Source of the DNA: Deltaproteobacteria bacterium
Lineage (GTDB): Bacteria > Desulfobacterota > Syntrophia > Syntrophales > UBA2210
DNA: 64,000 nucleotides
NCBI GenBank assembly: GCA_019313695.1
Contig: JAFDAS010000001.1
Span: 530 to 64,529, forward strand
Reading direction: 5' to 3'
Part shown: piece by piece, positions 29,690-39,150 of the stretch
Position numbering within the stretch: the stretch's first letter is position 1
Layout: every line of letters starts with the position of its first letter
The notes under the pieces: generated by a model
The model's input: only the letters and a program-made list of their open reading frames with translations
Database searches by the model: none
What the model was told of the DNA's origin: nothing
Made by a program: the position numbers and the translations under genes

Positions 29690-30589
29690 ATGCATGAAAA
29701 TATATTCAAGATGAATGAAAAGGAGTACATCCTGCCGGGAAACCGGTCGTGTCAGGGATGCGGGCTTTCTCTCGCGTATAGATACATCCTCAAGGCCCTG
29801 CGGGAAAACACGATTGTGGCGATACCCCCGAGCTGCCTGTGCGTGTTGCACGGTTTGTATCCCACGACATCCACAATCATACCCGCTCTCAACACCACAT
29901 TTGCCAGTAACGCGGCATCTGCCGCCGGAATCGTGGCCGGCCTGAACGCGCTCAATAAAACGGATATAACCGTCCTGGCCCTCTCAGGGGATGGCGGAAC
30001 CTATGATATCGGCATACAGTCTCTGAGCGGCGCGGCGGAGAGAAACACCGACTTCATATTCGCATGTTATGACAACGAAGGTTACATGAATACGGGGACA
30101 CAACGCTCCGGAGCGACACCCATGGGCGCCATAACCACAACCACACCCGTCCTGACAAAACAGGAGCCGAAGAAGGATTTTCTGAAGATAATGGAGGCCC
30201 ACCATATCCCCTATCTGGCCACCGTCTCGCCCGCCTATCCGGCTGATCTGTACGACAAATTCGTCAAGGCCAAGAGGATAAGGGGAACGCGGTACATCCA
30301 TATCGACACCCCCTGCCCTCCGGGGTGGGGTTATCCCACGAGGGACACCATCAAAATAGGGCGACTCGCCGTTGAAACGGGGCTGTTCATCCTCTTCGAG
30401 ATAGAAAACGACCGGTTCCGGTTTACCGGCAGGAGCAAGACCATGGCAGAAAGAGGAAAACTCCTTCCCCTCGTCAATTATATAGAGAAGCAGGGAAGAT
30501 TCAAAAAAATGAGTATCGAACAGTTGAGCAGCCTTCAGGCATCGGTGAACAGCCGATGGAATGAATGTCTGAAACGGGCGGAGGGATAA
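29690..30589 (+). CDS. 2-oxoacid:ferredoxin oxidoreductase beta subunit (TPP-binding)
   Basis: CQGCG near the N-terminus and the GDGGTYDIG TPP motif. Confidence 0.9.
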   Translation: MHENIFKMNEKEYILPGNRSCQGCGLSLAYRYILKALRENTIVAIPPSCLCVLHGLYPTTSTIIPALNTTFASNAASAAGIVAGLNALNKTDITVLALSGDGGTYDIGIQSLSGAAERNTDFIFACYDNEGYMNTGTQRSGATPMGAITTTTPVLTKQEPKKDFLKIMEAHHIPYLATVSPAYPADLYDKFVKAKRIRGTRYIHIDTPCPPGWGYPTRDTIKIGRLAVETGLFILFEIENDRFRFTGRSKTMAERGKLLPLVNYIEKQGRFKKMSIEQLSSLQASVNSRWNECLKRAEG

Positions 30590-30734
30590 CAACCGTTCGT
30601 CCTGTTATATTACAATTCGTAACTACTCCGGTTGTTTAGGCTGTAGGTATTTAGGTTTAAGCTAACAGACTTTAGCCTAATAGCCTTCAGTCTAATCCTG
30701 GCTCGTCGGGACAGCCTGACTACGTGAGTAGTCA

Positions 30735-32033
30735 CTACGGTTCAAGATTCTTTGCTATCATTTCGGCGTATCTTCGTGCGGCCCCCATGTTGGAGGCGAC
30801 TATCTCACGGCCCGCCTCTCCTTTCCTGTGGAGGGCTTCAGGGTCCTCCATCAGTTTCAGCGTCTCGGCCAGAAGTTCTCTGCCGTTCCTGACGGTAATG
30901 CCGCCCCCCGCCATCTCCAGCCTTTCTCTCTCATCCATGAAATCTTCCATTGAAGGGCCATAGAGAACGATCTTTCCCCACGCAGCGGGTTCCAGGATGT
31001 TCTGCCCTCCCCTGGGAACCAGACTTCCGCCGCAGAAGACCATGGTGGCGAGGCTGTAAACCTTGAAAAGTTCTCCTATGACATCAACAACAATAATTCG
31101 CCGGCCGGCGCGCTTCTTGCCGCTGTTTATCTCTGCCATCGTAATGCAGTCATAAAAACCCGCGTCATTAGCAAGAGAAAGTACAGAGTTGCCCCTCTCG
31201 GGATGCCTCGGGACAATAATCATAAGCATATCAGGATATTTTTCAAGCAGCCCCCGATAGGTTTTAAGAACCACATCGTCCTCGCCCTCATGTGTGCTGC
31301 CCGCCACGAAGACCTTTGCTCCGTGAGGTATATCCAGTCTTGCCTCCATTTCGTTCCTCAGAGCGTCATCCGCTCCCGCGGCAAGGCTGTCATACTTCGC
31401 GTTTCCCCGAACATGTATCCTGGATGGTTCCACTCCCAGCGTCTCCAGCCTGGAGGAGTCAATCTCGGATATGGCTCCTATCATATCAAGCATATTCATA
31501 ATCCGCTTCCAGAAAAATTTCGTCTTTCGGTACCTTCTGAAGGAACGGGGAGAAATCCTGCCATTTACCATCACGATTCTGGTCCCCCTCTTCACGCAGG
31601 CACGGATGAAGTTGGGCCATATTTCCGTCTCGACAGGAACAAATATATCCGGGTTCACCCTGTCCATGACTCGTCTGACAACAATGGGAATGTCAAGGGG
31701 GTAGTAGATATGTGATGTGGCGTCTGTAACCAGGCGGCGGGCCATCTCCTGGCCCGTCTCCGTGCTTGTGGAGAGGACAATGCATGCCCCCGGATACATC
31801 TCTCTCAGCGACGAAACTATGGGAGCGGCAGCGGTAACCTCACCCACTGACACCGCATGCACCCATATCCGGGGGGAGCCCGTCATCTCTTCGAAGACCC
31901 TCTCAGGGATGAGTCCGAATTTGGGGCCGATGCTCTTTCTGTACTTTCCAGTAAACACGATTTTTACCGCGAAAAATGGTATAAGGAAAAAAGCTGTGAT
32001 AAACAGCAATACATTGTAAAATGAGATAGCCAT
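30735..32033 (-). CDS. waaA: 3-deoxy-D-manno-octulosonic acid (Kdo) transferase
   Basis: N-terminal membrane anchor, ..WVHAVSVGEV.. and a C-terminal GGSLVPRGGQNILEPAA block. Confidence 0.85.
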   Translation of the reverse strand: MAISFYNVLLFITAFFLIPFFAVKIVFTGKYRKSIGPKFGLIPERVFEEMTGSPRIWVHAVSVGEVTAAAPIVSSLREMYPGACIVLSTSTETGQEMARRLVTDATSHIYYPLDIPIVVRRVMDRVNPDIFVPVETEIWPNFIRACVKRGTRIVMVNGRISPRSFRRYRKTKFFWKRIMNMLDMIGAISEIDSSRLETLGVEPSRIHVRGNAKYDSLAAGADDALRNEMEARLDIPHGAKVFVAGSTHEGEDDVVLKTYRGLLEKYPDMLMIIVPRHPERGNSVLSLANDAGFYDCITMAEINSGKKRAGRRIIVVDVIGELFKVYSLATMVFCGGSLVPRGGQNILEPAAWGKIVLYGPSMEDFMDERERLEMAGGGITVRNGRELLAETLKLMEDPEALHRKGEAGREIVASNMGAARRYAEMIAKNLEP

Positions 32034-32158
32034 AATCGGTGGAATATAATGATCTTTTTGTCTTCTGTCAAGTCTTCACAAAACGAATTGACAGGTGGGG
32101 AAAAAAATAATAGGGTTATGGCGCTTGCACGCAAAAACAAATGAAAGGAAAACCGGTC

Positions 32159-32896
32159 ATGACACGAATAAACAGGGCTTATATACTGGCGGCCCTCCTT
32201 GTTATCCTTATTATAATCGCTGGGTGCGCAAGGTATGAGAGAAAGGTTGTCCCCTTCAAGATGCCTGACGCCTACACGAACGCGACAGAGGTGGCGGGCG
32301 CCACCATAGCGGTCAAGGCATATAACCGGGAAGAGGCGAAGGCCGCTTTCGGATTTGATATGGTAGGTTCGGGAGTGCTTCCCGTCCAGGTAATCTTCGA
32401 CAACAGGGGGAAGCATCCCCTGGAAGTCGTCGCGGACAGAACCTATCTGGTGGATATCCAGAATAACCTCTGGCCGATCCTTGATCAGGAAATAGCTTAT
32501 GACAGGATAGCGAAGGAATCGGAATTCGGAGAGATTCTACCCGAAGGGTCAAAGGCCGGTCTGCTGGCAGGCGCGGCGGGCGCTGTTATCGGCGCGGCAA
32601 TAGGAATAGTTACCGGGACCAATGTTGGTGAGGCGGCGGGCAAGGGAGCTGCCGTCGGAGCTGCCGCGGGGCTTACCCTGGGCGGGGCCAAGGGACTGGG
32701 AGATACAAAAACGCCTCATAAGATAGGCCAGGATCTGCATGACAGATCTCTTGAACGCAGGCCGGTGTCTCCTGGTGATATATCTCACGGGTTTATATTC
32801 TTCCCGGGAGAGGCAAAAGAGCAGGCGAAAGAGCTCCGGTTGACTATCAGGGAAGTTGACACGGGTGTAATACATAGCCTCATCATGAATTTTTGA
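32159..32896 (+). CDS. Hypothetical lipoprotein with a Gly-zipper segment
   Basis: Lipobox IIAGC. Gly/Ala-rich GAAGAVIGAAIGIVTGTNVGEAAGKGAAVGAAAG. No family assigned. Confidence 0.5.
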   Translation: MTRINRAYILAALLVILIIIAGCARYERKVVPFKMPDAYTNATEVAGATIAVKAYNREEAKAAFGFDMVGSGVLPVQVIFDNRGKHPLEVVADRTYLVDIQNNLWPILDQEIAYDRIAKESEFGEILPEGSKAGLLAGAAGAVIGAAIGIVTGTNVGEAAGKGAAVGAAAGLTLGGAKGLGDTKTPHKIGQDLHDRSLERRPVSPGDISHGFIFFPGEAKEQAKELRLTIREVDTGVIHSLIMNF

Positions 32897-32897
32897 T

Positions 32898-33554
32898 ATG
32901 AAAAAGATTGCGCCATCCATACTGTCCGCCGATTTCAGCAGACTCGGTGAGGAAATCCTCGCGGTCGAAGACGCCGGGGCGGATCTGATCCACGTGGACG
33001 TCATGGATGGGCATTTTGTCCCGAATATAACCATAGGCCCTCCTGTTGTGGCATCCATAAAGAAAACCGCGCGCATCCCCCTCGACGTCCACCTGATGAT
33101 TGAGGCCCCCGACAGGTATATCCGGAGTTTTGCGGATGCGGGAAGCGATATCATTACCGTTCATGCCGAAGCGACCATTCACCTTCACCGGGCGATTCAC
33201 CTGATCAGGGAAACAGGGGCGAGGGCCGGCGTCGCGCTCAATCCCGCGACCCCCCTTTCCGACATTGAACAGGTCGCAGGCGATATAGACCTGCTGCTTG
33301 TTATGACTGTGAATCCCGGATTCGGGGGACAGGAATTCATAGAAAGCATGCTGCCCAAGATAAGGGAGGCGAGAGACATGATCGACCGCGTTTCGCCCGA
33401 TGTTCTTCTCGAAGTGGACGGGGGAATTACCCTTCAGAACATAGGTGCAGTGAAGGAGGCCGGAGCCGATGTTTTTGTGGCAGGTTCCAGCATCTTTCTC
33501 AGCGACAATTACCGGCAGACGATAGAGAAAATGAAGTCTGTCCTGAGTGGTTGA
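32898..33554 (+). CDS. rpe: Ribulose-phosphate 3-epimerase
   Basis: IAPSILSADF..HVDVMDGHFVPN..MTVNPGFGGQ. Confidence 0.95.
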   Translation: MKKIAPSILSADFSRLGEEILAVEDAGADLIHVDVMDGHFVPNITIGPPVVASIKKTARIPLDVHLMIEAPDRYIRSFADAGSDIITVHAEATIHLHRAIHLIRETGARAGVALNPATPLSDIEQVAGDIDLLLVMTVNPGFGGQEFIESMLPKIREARDMIDRVSPDVLLEVDGGITLQNIGAVKEAGADVFVAGSSIFLSDNYRQTIEKMKSVLSG

Positions 33555-33582
33555 TCTAAACCCGCAACTCGCAACCCAAATC

Positions 33583-34113
33583 ATGCACATCATCATAGAC
33601 GGATATAATCTCATCAGACAATCAGATTCTCTCAGACGTCTCGAAAGGTTCAGCCTGGAGGAGGGCCGCAACGAGTTGATAAAGAGGGTTGCCGGGTACC
33701 GGAGGTTGAAAGGTCATAAAACGACAGTAGTCTTCGATGGATGGATGGACGGCTCCGCAAGAGAAGAACATCTAAAAGAAGACGGGGTCCATGTTGTATA
33801 TTCCAGAAGGGGTGAGAAGGCGGATGAGGTCATAAAAAGGATGGCAAGGGCGGAAAGGGGAGGAGAGATCATCGTTGTCACATCCGATAGAGACGTGGCG
33901 GACTCGGCCGTAAAGGCGGGGGGTGTGGCGATATCCTCACCTGAATTCGAGGCAAGAATAAAGGAAGAGGAAATGAAGGCGATGCTCTACGGCGATGAGG
34001 CATCAGAAGATGATGATTACGACCTGCCGAGGGATGGAACCGGAAAGAAGGGAACCGCAAGGAAGAAATCCAAAAGAGAGAGACAGGCCCAGAGAAGATT
34101 GAGCAAGCTGTGA
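33583..34113 (+). CDS. NYN-domain (YacP/Rae1-like) putative RNase
   Basis: MHIIIDGYNLIRQS...VVFDG...VVYS...ADEVI...VVTSDR. Confidence 0.7.
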   Translation: MHIIIDGYNLIRQSDSLRRLERFSLEEGRNELIKRVAGYRRLKGHKTTVVFDGWMDGSAREEHLKEDGVHVVYSRRGEKADEVIKRMARAERGGEIIVVTSDRDVADSAVKAGGVAISSPEFEARIKEEEMKAMLYGDEASEDDDYDLPRDGTGKKGTARKKSKRERQAQRRLSKL

Positions 34114-34160
34114 GGACCTTTTTACGAGGGCATCAACATTCAACATTCAACACTGGCGTA

Positions 34161-34281
34161 TTCGTAAAAAGTCGAAATATGCACAATTTTGTCATTCCCG
34201 TGGAAACGGGAATCCAGTGTTTTTAAACAGTCATACGCTTCTGGATTCCCGCCTACGCGGGAATGACAGATTTTTTACGAA
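34161..34281. repeat. Family-1 palindromic element, full copy with outer arms
   Basis: ttcgtaaaaagtcgaaatatgcacaattttGTCATTCCCGtggaaaCGGGAATCCAG...CTGGATTCCCGcctacgCGGGAATGACagattttttacgaa. Confidence 0.85.
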
Positions 34282-34301
34282 ACCGTCAATATTGAGCCCC
34301 C

Positions 34302-35660
34302 TCACTGCCGGCACATACCGATGAGAAGGCGTTTCAGCGCGAGCTGCGGGTCTGCGCCGGAGGACTTCATGGCGAGGTCCAGATCAGCAAGTCGTTTCAT
34401 GTAACCGATAAGTTCCTCCCGGGAAAATCTGCCGGCATTTCTGAGGGTCTTGTAGATCACGTAGGGATGCTGGTTCGCAAGCCATTTACTCTTCTGCCCC
34501 AACCTGTTCGCCATATCCTTTACCAGGGGATAGACCCCGGCCTGAAAATTCCTGTAATCCATGCCTGGTCGGAAGGCGGGAACTTCCCCCGACTCAAGGA
34601 TTATGTTTCCCTGAAGCAGAAGTCTCACCTCTCTGGCTATCATTGAAAGTATAAGTATGTGGTTGACTCCCTGGTCAAGGAGCTGCTGGAGGGTCTGAAG
34701 CGCCCTGCCGGGATTTTTTTCCACGATGGAAGATGTGAGGTCGAAAACCGAATCCTCCGCGGTCTTTTTTACAACCTCATCTATGTCATTTCTATCAATG
34801 GTCTCCCTGTCTCCCGCGTAGGTAATCAGTTTTTCAACCTCTTTCAGGGAATCCCGGAGATTGAGCCCCGTCTTTTTGCCCAGCGCTAAAAGGGCATCCG
34901 GAGTAAGTCTCTTTCCCTTCTTCGCCAGGGCATCCTTCACTGTGCCCATAAGGACACCCTTTTGCCCTGCTTCATTTCCGGATTTTGAGAAGGAAAGGAC
35001 GACCCCCGTATTGGTTATGGTTTTGAAGAGTTTCTTTCTTTTATCAACGGCGCCGGCGGTCATGAGCAGACAGTTGCCGGCGGGGACACCGCTCTTCAGC
35101 ACGTCTTCGAGCCTGTCTGCATCCTTCAGCTTTCCTCCCCCGGCGATCTTGAGGCTGTCACACAGATCCATCACCTTCGGAAGCCATTTTTCTCTGTCCG
35201 TTTCTGCCGCGCCGCCGGTCGCGCTCCTCCAGTCGTCATCGGAGATCTTCTTCCACTGCCCGTCCTTCAGGTCTTCGATGGACCAGCCCGCCATTTCCAG
35301 AAAGGAGACAAACGCCCTCGCGGCCCTGCCGGGGTTCTTTTCAATATTTGAGATGATTTCTCTTATCACGTCGGCCGACGAGACTTTTGAATAAAAGAGG
35401 CGGGTGTTTCTTACAAGCACGATCTTTCCGCCCGGTATGAGAGGAGGGGTGAGAATGGAATCGCATATGGCGTCTATATCTTCATCTTCCCCCTCCAGAT
35501 GAAAGAGATTGAGGTCTTTCTGGTCCGGGGGGAGAATGCCGTCAATAATCTGACCCAGGGCATTTTCCACCAGGTATTCCTCATCCCCGTATATGAGGTA
35601 GCAGGGAGCCGTTTTACCCCTGCCGATATCGCCAAGGACTGTCTTCAATGTTTCCTGCAT
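34302..35660 (-). CDS. holA: DNA polymerase III delta subunit (HolA)-like, unusually long
   Basis: The N-terminus ..APCYLIYGDEEYL.. and the C-terminal helical domain are HolA-like. It is 452 aa where about 330-350 is usual. Confidence 0.6.
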   Translation of the reverse strand: MQETLKTVLGDIGRGKTAPCYLIYGDEEYLVENALGQIIDGILPPDQKDLNLFHLEGEDEDIDAICDSILTPPLIPGGKIVLVRNTRLFYSKVSSADVIREIISNIEKNPGRAARAFVSFLEMAGWSIEDLKDGQWKKISDDDWRSATGGAAETDREKWLPKVMDLCDSLKIAGGGKLKDADRLEDVLKSGVPAGNCLLMTAGAVDKRKKLFKTITNTGVVLSFSKSGNEAGQKGVLMGTVKDALAKKGKRLTPDALLALGKKTGLNLRDSLKEVEKLITYAGDRETIDRNDIDEVVKKTAEDSVFDLTSSIVEKNPGRALQTLQQLLDQGVNHILILSMIAREVRLLLQGNIILESGEVPAFRPGMDYRNFQAGVYPLVKDMANRLGQKSKWLANQHPYVIYKTLRNAGRFSREELIGYMKRLADLDLAMKSSGADPQLALKRLLIGMCRQ

Positions 35661-35678
35661 GGCAGATGTTCAAGGTGT

Positions 35679-36332
35679 TCAGAGTATTACGAACTTTTGT
35701 ATATGTCTTACCACCTGATCGGGCTCATCGATTATCTGAATAAAATCGAGGTCCGTTTCAGATATCTTGCCCTCAGGCAGCATGGTCTTCTTCATCCAGT
35801 CTATAAGCCCGCCCCAGTATTCGCTTCCCATAAGGACTACCGGAAAGCTCCTTATCCTTTTCGTCTGGATAAGGGTGAGGGCCTCGAAGAATTCATCCAT
35901 TGTGCCGAATCCCCCGGGAAGGATGACGTAGGCCATGGCATACTTGACAAACATCACCTTTCTGACAAAGAAATATTTGTAGTCGATATTTATATTGGCG
36001 TAGGAGTTAGGGGCCTGCTCGAAGGGAAGCTGGATGTTCATACCTACCGACTTGGCGCCGGCCTCGCTGGCGCCCCGGTTTGCAGCCTCCATGATGCCCG
36101 GGCCCCCGCCGGTAATCACGCCAAACCCCTCCTCGCCGAGGAGACGGGCAACCTCCCGGGCTTTCTCGTAATATTTGTCTCCGGGGGCATCTCTGGCCGA
36201 CCCGAATATGCTCACGGCATGTCCGATCTTTGAAAGCTCTTCAATGGCATCGACAAATTCCGCCATGATCCGGAAAACACGCCACGATTCATCGACAGAC
36301 AGGGCGTCCACTATATATTGTTTCTCTTCCAT
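35679..36332 (-). CDS. LOG-family (TIGR00730) nucleotide 5'-monophosphate nucleosidase
   Basis: ..GGGPGIMEA.. and PGGFGTMDEFFEALTLIQT. A GGAGGAG RBS precedes the ATG at 36332. Confidence 0.85.
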   Translation of the reverse strand: MEEKQYIVDALSVDESWRVFRIMAEFVDAIEELSKIGHAVSIFGSARDAPGDKYYEKAREVARLLGEEGFGVITGGGPGIMEAANRGASEAGAKSVGMNIQLPFEQAPNSYANINIDYKYFFVRKVMFVKYAMAYVILPGGFGTMDEFFEALTLIQTKRIRSFPVVLMGSEYWGGLIDWMKKTMLPEGKISETDLDFIQIIDEPDQVVRHIQKFVIL

Positions 36333-36414
36333 AACTCCTCCGGAAAATGTCCGGTGGTCAGGGGGATACGTGTACAATGTGACTCCCCCGTCAATACCAC
36401 GTCAACGATACTCT

Positions 36415-36497
36415 GTCATTTCGAAGGAGTTTTCATGACTGAGAAATCCTGGATTTCACCCTAACGGGCACTATAGCTCCCTTCGGTCAAAATGACA
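36415..36497. repeat. Family-2 palindromic element
   Basis: gtcatttcgaaggag...tgagaaatcctggatttca...ctatagctcccttcggtcaaaatgac. Confidence 0.75.
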
Positions 36498-36535
36498 TTT
36501 CTTGATGGACACGACACTAAACCACCATCGCCTAT

Positions 36536-36736
36536 CTATCTGGGCGACCACTTTCGTCTTCTCGCTGCCTTGGCCACTCTTCTTCGCGCCTCCAGGGCCT
36601 TTCTCTTCTTCTTTACAGATGGCTTTTCGTAAGCCCTGCGCAATTTGAGTTCCTTGAAAAAACCGTTTTTTGAAAGCTTGTTTTTCAGTATTTTAAGGGC
36701 TCTTTCAACATCGTTTTCTATCACTCTTACTTCCAA
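36536..36736 (-). CDS. rpsU: 30S ribosomal protein S21
   Basis: MEVRVIENDVERALKILKNKLSKNGFFKELKLRRAYEKPS... The start is TTG, preceded by AGGAGG. Confidence 0.9.
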   Translation of the reverse strand: MEVRVIENDVERALKILKNKLSKNGFFKELKLRRAYEKPSVKKKRKALEARRRVAKAARRRKWSPR

Positions 36737-36832
36737 AAACTATCACCTCCTTCCTTAAAGACATAAAAAAGGAGCAGAACGACCCTGCAACAAAGTCGCC
36801 TTCCGCCCCATGTTTTTACCTATATACTATTA

Positions 36833-37903
36833 TCACTCTCCCTGCATAACAACCTTCAGGGTTTCTATAAACTCCCTGTTTTCCTCTTCCGTCCCGACTG
36901 TCACCCTCATGCAGTTTTTGAGGATATCAGGGGATGTAAAGTTTTTCACCAGCACCCCCCTGTCAATCAGTCGCCCATATACATCATCCTTTTTCATAAA
37001 ACAACTAAAAAGGATAAAATTCGCGTCTGAAGGGTAGGGATTAAGCCCTTCGATGGCTGTCAACTCGTTAAAGAGCCACTTTCTGCCGGAAATTATCCTG
37101 TCCGTCAGGTCCAGAAATTTCTCGCTGTGTTCAACAAATAAACTCCCGATTACCTGTGAGAAGATATTCACATTATAGGGCAGTCTCACTTTATTCAAGT
37201 GGTGAACCAGCGAAGGGTGTCCTATGAGGATGCCCAGTCTCAGAGCCGCCAGTCCCACCTTGGAGAGGGTTCTCAGGATTACAAGATTATTCCACCGGTC
37301 GAGATCGCGCAGAAAGGTCTTTCCCGAAAAATTGAAATAGGCCTCATCGAGCACCACAAGACCGCTGGATGCCTCCAGAATCTTTTCAATATCGTCTCTG
37401 TCGAAGCATCCTCCTGTGGGGTTGTTGGGATAACTGAGAAATATAAGGGAGGGCGCTTTATCGGCTATCGCGCCCAGCATGGCGTCTGTATCCAGGCCCA
37501 GGCGGTCGTTCAGGGGCACTTCAATAATGGCATGTCCCGTGTTCAGCGCGCTTATCCCGTACATGGCAAAGGTGGGAATCGGAAACATGACGCTGCCTGA
37601 CGGGGAGGCGCTGACGGCCGTCAGCAATATATGGATAAGTTCATCCGATCCGTTTCCGATAAGAACCATGTCTTCATCAACCCCGTAATACCGCGCGAAA
37701 TCCTCTCTAAGGCCGGGCGAACCGGGCGCCGGATAGCGGTTGAGGGACACGGTCTCCAGGCGTTCGGAGATCATGCGCTTCAGGCCGGGGGGCAGGGGAT
37801 AGGGATTCTCATTGGCGTCAAGTTTGATCCTGCACAATTTTTCTTCCACAGAGTAGGCCTCCTGCGAAAGCACGGCGTTTTTTATAATCTTTTCAATGTT
37901 CAC
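36833..37903 (-). CDS. hisC: Histidinol-phosphate aminotransferase
   Basis: ..KLDANENPYPLPP.., ..YPNNPTG.., ..LRTLSKVGLAALRLG.. (PLP lysine). Confidence 0.9.
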   Translation of the reverse strand: MNIEKIIKNAVLSQEAYSVEEKLCRIKLDANENPYPLPPGLKRMISERLETVSLNRYPAPGSPGLREDFARYYGVDEDMVLIGNGSDELIHILLTAVSASPSGSVMFPIPTFAMYGISALNTGHAIIEVPLNDRLGLDTDAMLGAIADKAPSLIFLSYPNNPTGGCFDRDDIEKILEASSGLVVLDEAYFNFSGKTFLRDLDRWNNLVILRTLSKVGLAALRLGILIGHPSLVHHLNKVRLPYNVNIFSQVIGSLFVEHSEKFLDLTDRIISGRKWLFNELTAIEGLNPYPSDANFILFSCFMKKDDVYGRLIDRGVLVKNFTSPDILKNCMRVTVGTEEENREFIETLKVVMQGE

Positions 37904-38720
37904 TCTTTATCCCTCGACCTTTCATGTTCCATCGGTCACTCGAGTATTTGCTCTCAAGGAGACTGTCCCTGAGCGTCTCCTCTTCGGGAGACAGTTTCCC
38001 CTCTGTAAGGCGTACGTTCAAAATCTCTTCAAACCCCGCCGCGATGTTCCGGCACAATATATCTATGCCGATATTATCTCTGATACTCTTCCGGACGGAA
38101 GAGACAGATGCCTTGAGCTTTTCGATCTCTATTGCGGCATTTTTCGTTATAATTGCCGCGCAGACCGCCAGCGGATCAAAATCCATAAGAAGAGACCCGT
38201 GCTGCAGGAACACCCCTCTCGCCCTTACCTGGGCGCTTCCGCAGATCTTTCTGCCGTCCGCGAGGAGTTCATTCTTATATGTGGCAGCAAAACAGAAGGC
38301 CTCTGATGAGCCGTCTCCAACCCGGCCTTCTTCCACCATTTTGGCCTCAACCCCTGACTCTTCAAGGCCTCTTATTATGCACCCGCTTATTATCCTGTAC
38401 GTCTCGACAACATCAGAAGAAAAGAGCTGGTTGTCCTCTCTGGCTACAAGAGAATAGGTCAGGTCGTCCCCGTGAAGAACAGCCTTGCCCCCCGTAGGTC
38501 GTCTAACGATATCTATACCCCTGTCGCGGCAGTATTCGCAATTTATCTCTTCTTCCGCATTCTGAAAATATCCCAGGGACACTGCCGGTTTTTTCCAGCC
38601 ATAAAACCGGAGCGTGGGAGGCATTTCCCCCTGCCGATTCACTCTGAATATGGCCTCATCGATAGCCATATTTTCAAAAGAATCACAACGTTCGAAAGGG
38701 ATAATCCTCCACTTATCCAC
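37893..38720 (-). CDS. Lipoate-protein ligase A / octanoyltransferase (LplA/LipM) family protein
   Basis: BPL/LPL catalytic domain (..RRPTGGKAVLHGDDLTYS.., ..KICGSAQ..). Adjacent to gcvH. Confidence 0.75.
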   Translation of the reverse strand: MDKWRIIPFERCDSFENMAIDEAIFRVNRQGEMPPTLRFYGWKKPAVSLGYFQNAEEEINCEYCRDRGIDIVRRPTGGKAVLHGDDLTYSLVAREDNQLFSSDVVETYRIISGCIIRGLEESGVEAKMVEEGRVGDGSSEAFCFAATYKNELLADGRKICGSAQVRARGVFLQHGSLLMDFDPLAVCAAIITKNAAIEIEKLKASVSSVRKSIRDNIGIDILCRNIAAGFEEILNVRLTEGKLSPEEETLRDSLLESKYSSDRWNMKGRGIKSEH

Positions 38721-38726
38721 CTGATG

Positions 38727-39122
38727 TCACCCGATCTCCTCGCTCTCGTCAACATAATCCGAGTATCCCTCAGCATCCAGCAGGTTGTCCAGTTCTTCCA
38801 CATCTCTTACTTCAACAGTAATCATCCACCCCGTGTCGTATAAATCACTGTTGAGGATACCCACATCGTCGGCAAGGTCTTCATTGGCGGTGATAATGTC
38901 ACCGCTCACAGGGGAAATCAGTTCGGTAGTTACTTTCAGAGATTCTATAACACCGAAAGGTTCGCCCTGCTCAACATGGGAGTCCACCGGGAAAAGCTCC
39001 ACCGACAGTATCTCATCCAGTTTATCCTGGGCATAATCCGTTATTCCCACTGTCGCGATATCTCCATCAATCCTTACCCATGTATGGTCACGGCTGTAAA
39101 GCAGATCTTCCGGAAACGACAT
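38727..39122 (-). CDS. gcvH: Glycine cleavage system H protein
   Basis: ..YSRDHTWVR..GITDYAQ..IESLKV.. (lipoyl-lysine context). Confidence 0.9.
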   Translation of the reverse strand: MSFPEDLLYSRDHTWVRIDGDIATVGITDYAQDKLDEILSVELFPVDSHVEQGEPFGVIESLKVTTELISPVSGDIITANEDLADDVGILNSDLYDTGWMITVEVRDVEELDNLLDAEGYSDYVDESEEIG

Positions 39123-39150
39123 AAACCGACAACCTCCTTGATTATAAATT

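Noticed and set aside
28933-29730. 265-aa minus-strand ORF
   Set aside because: It is antisense to the alpha subunit of the oxidoreductase, a shadow ORF.
35499-36233. 244-aa plus-strand ORF
   Set aside because: It is antisense to the LOG-family gene and the holA-like 5' end, both of which have strong family signatures.
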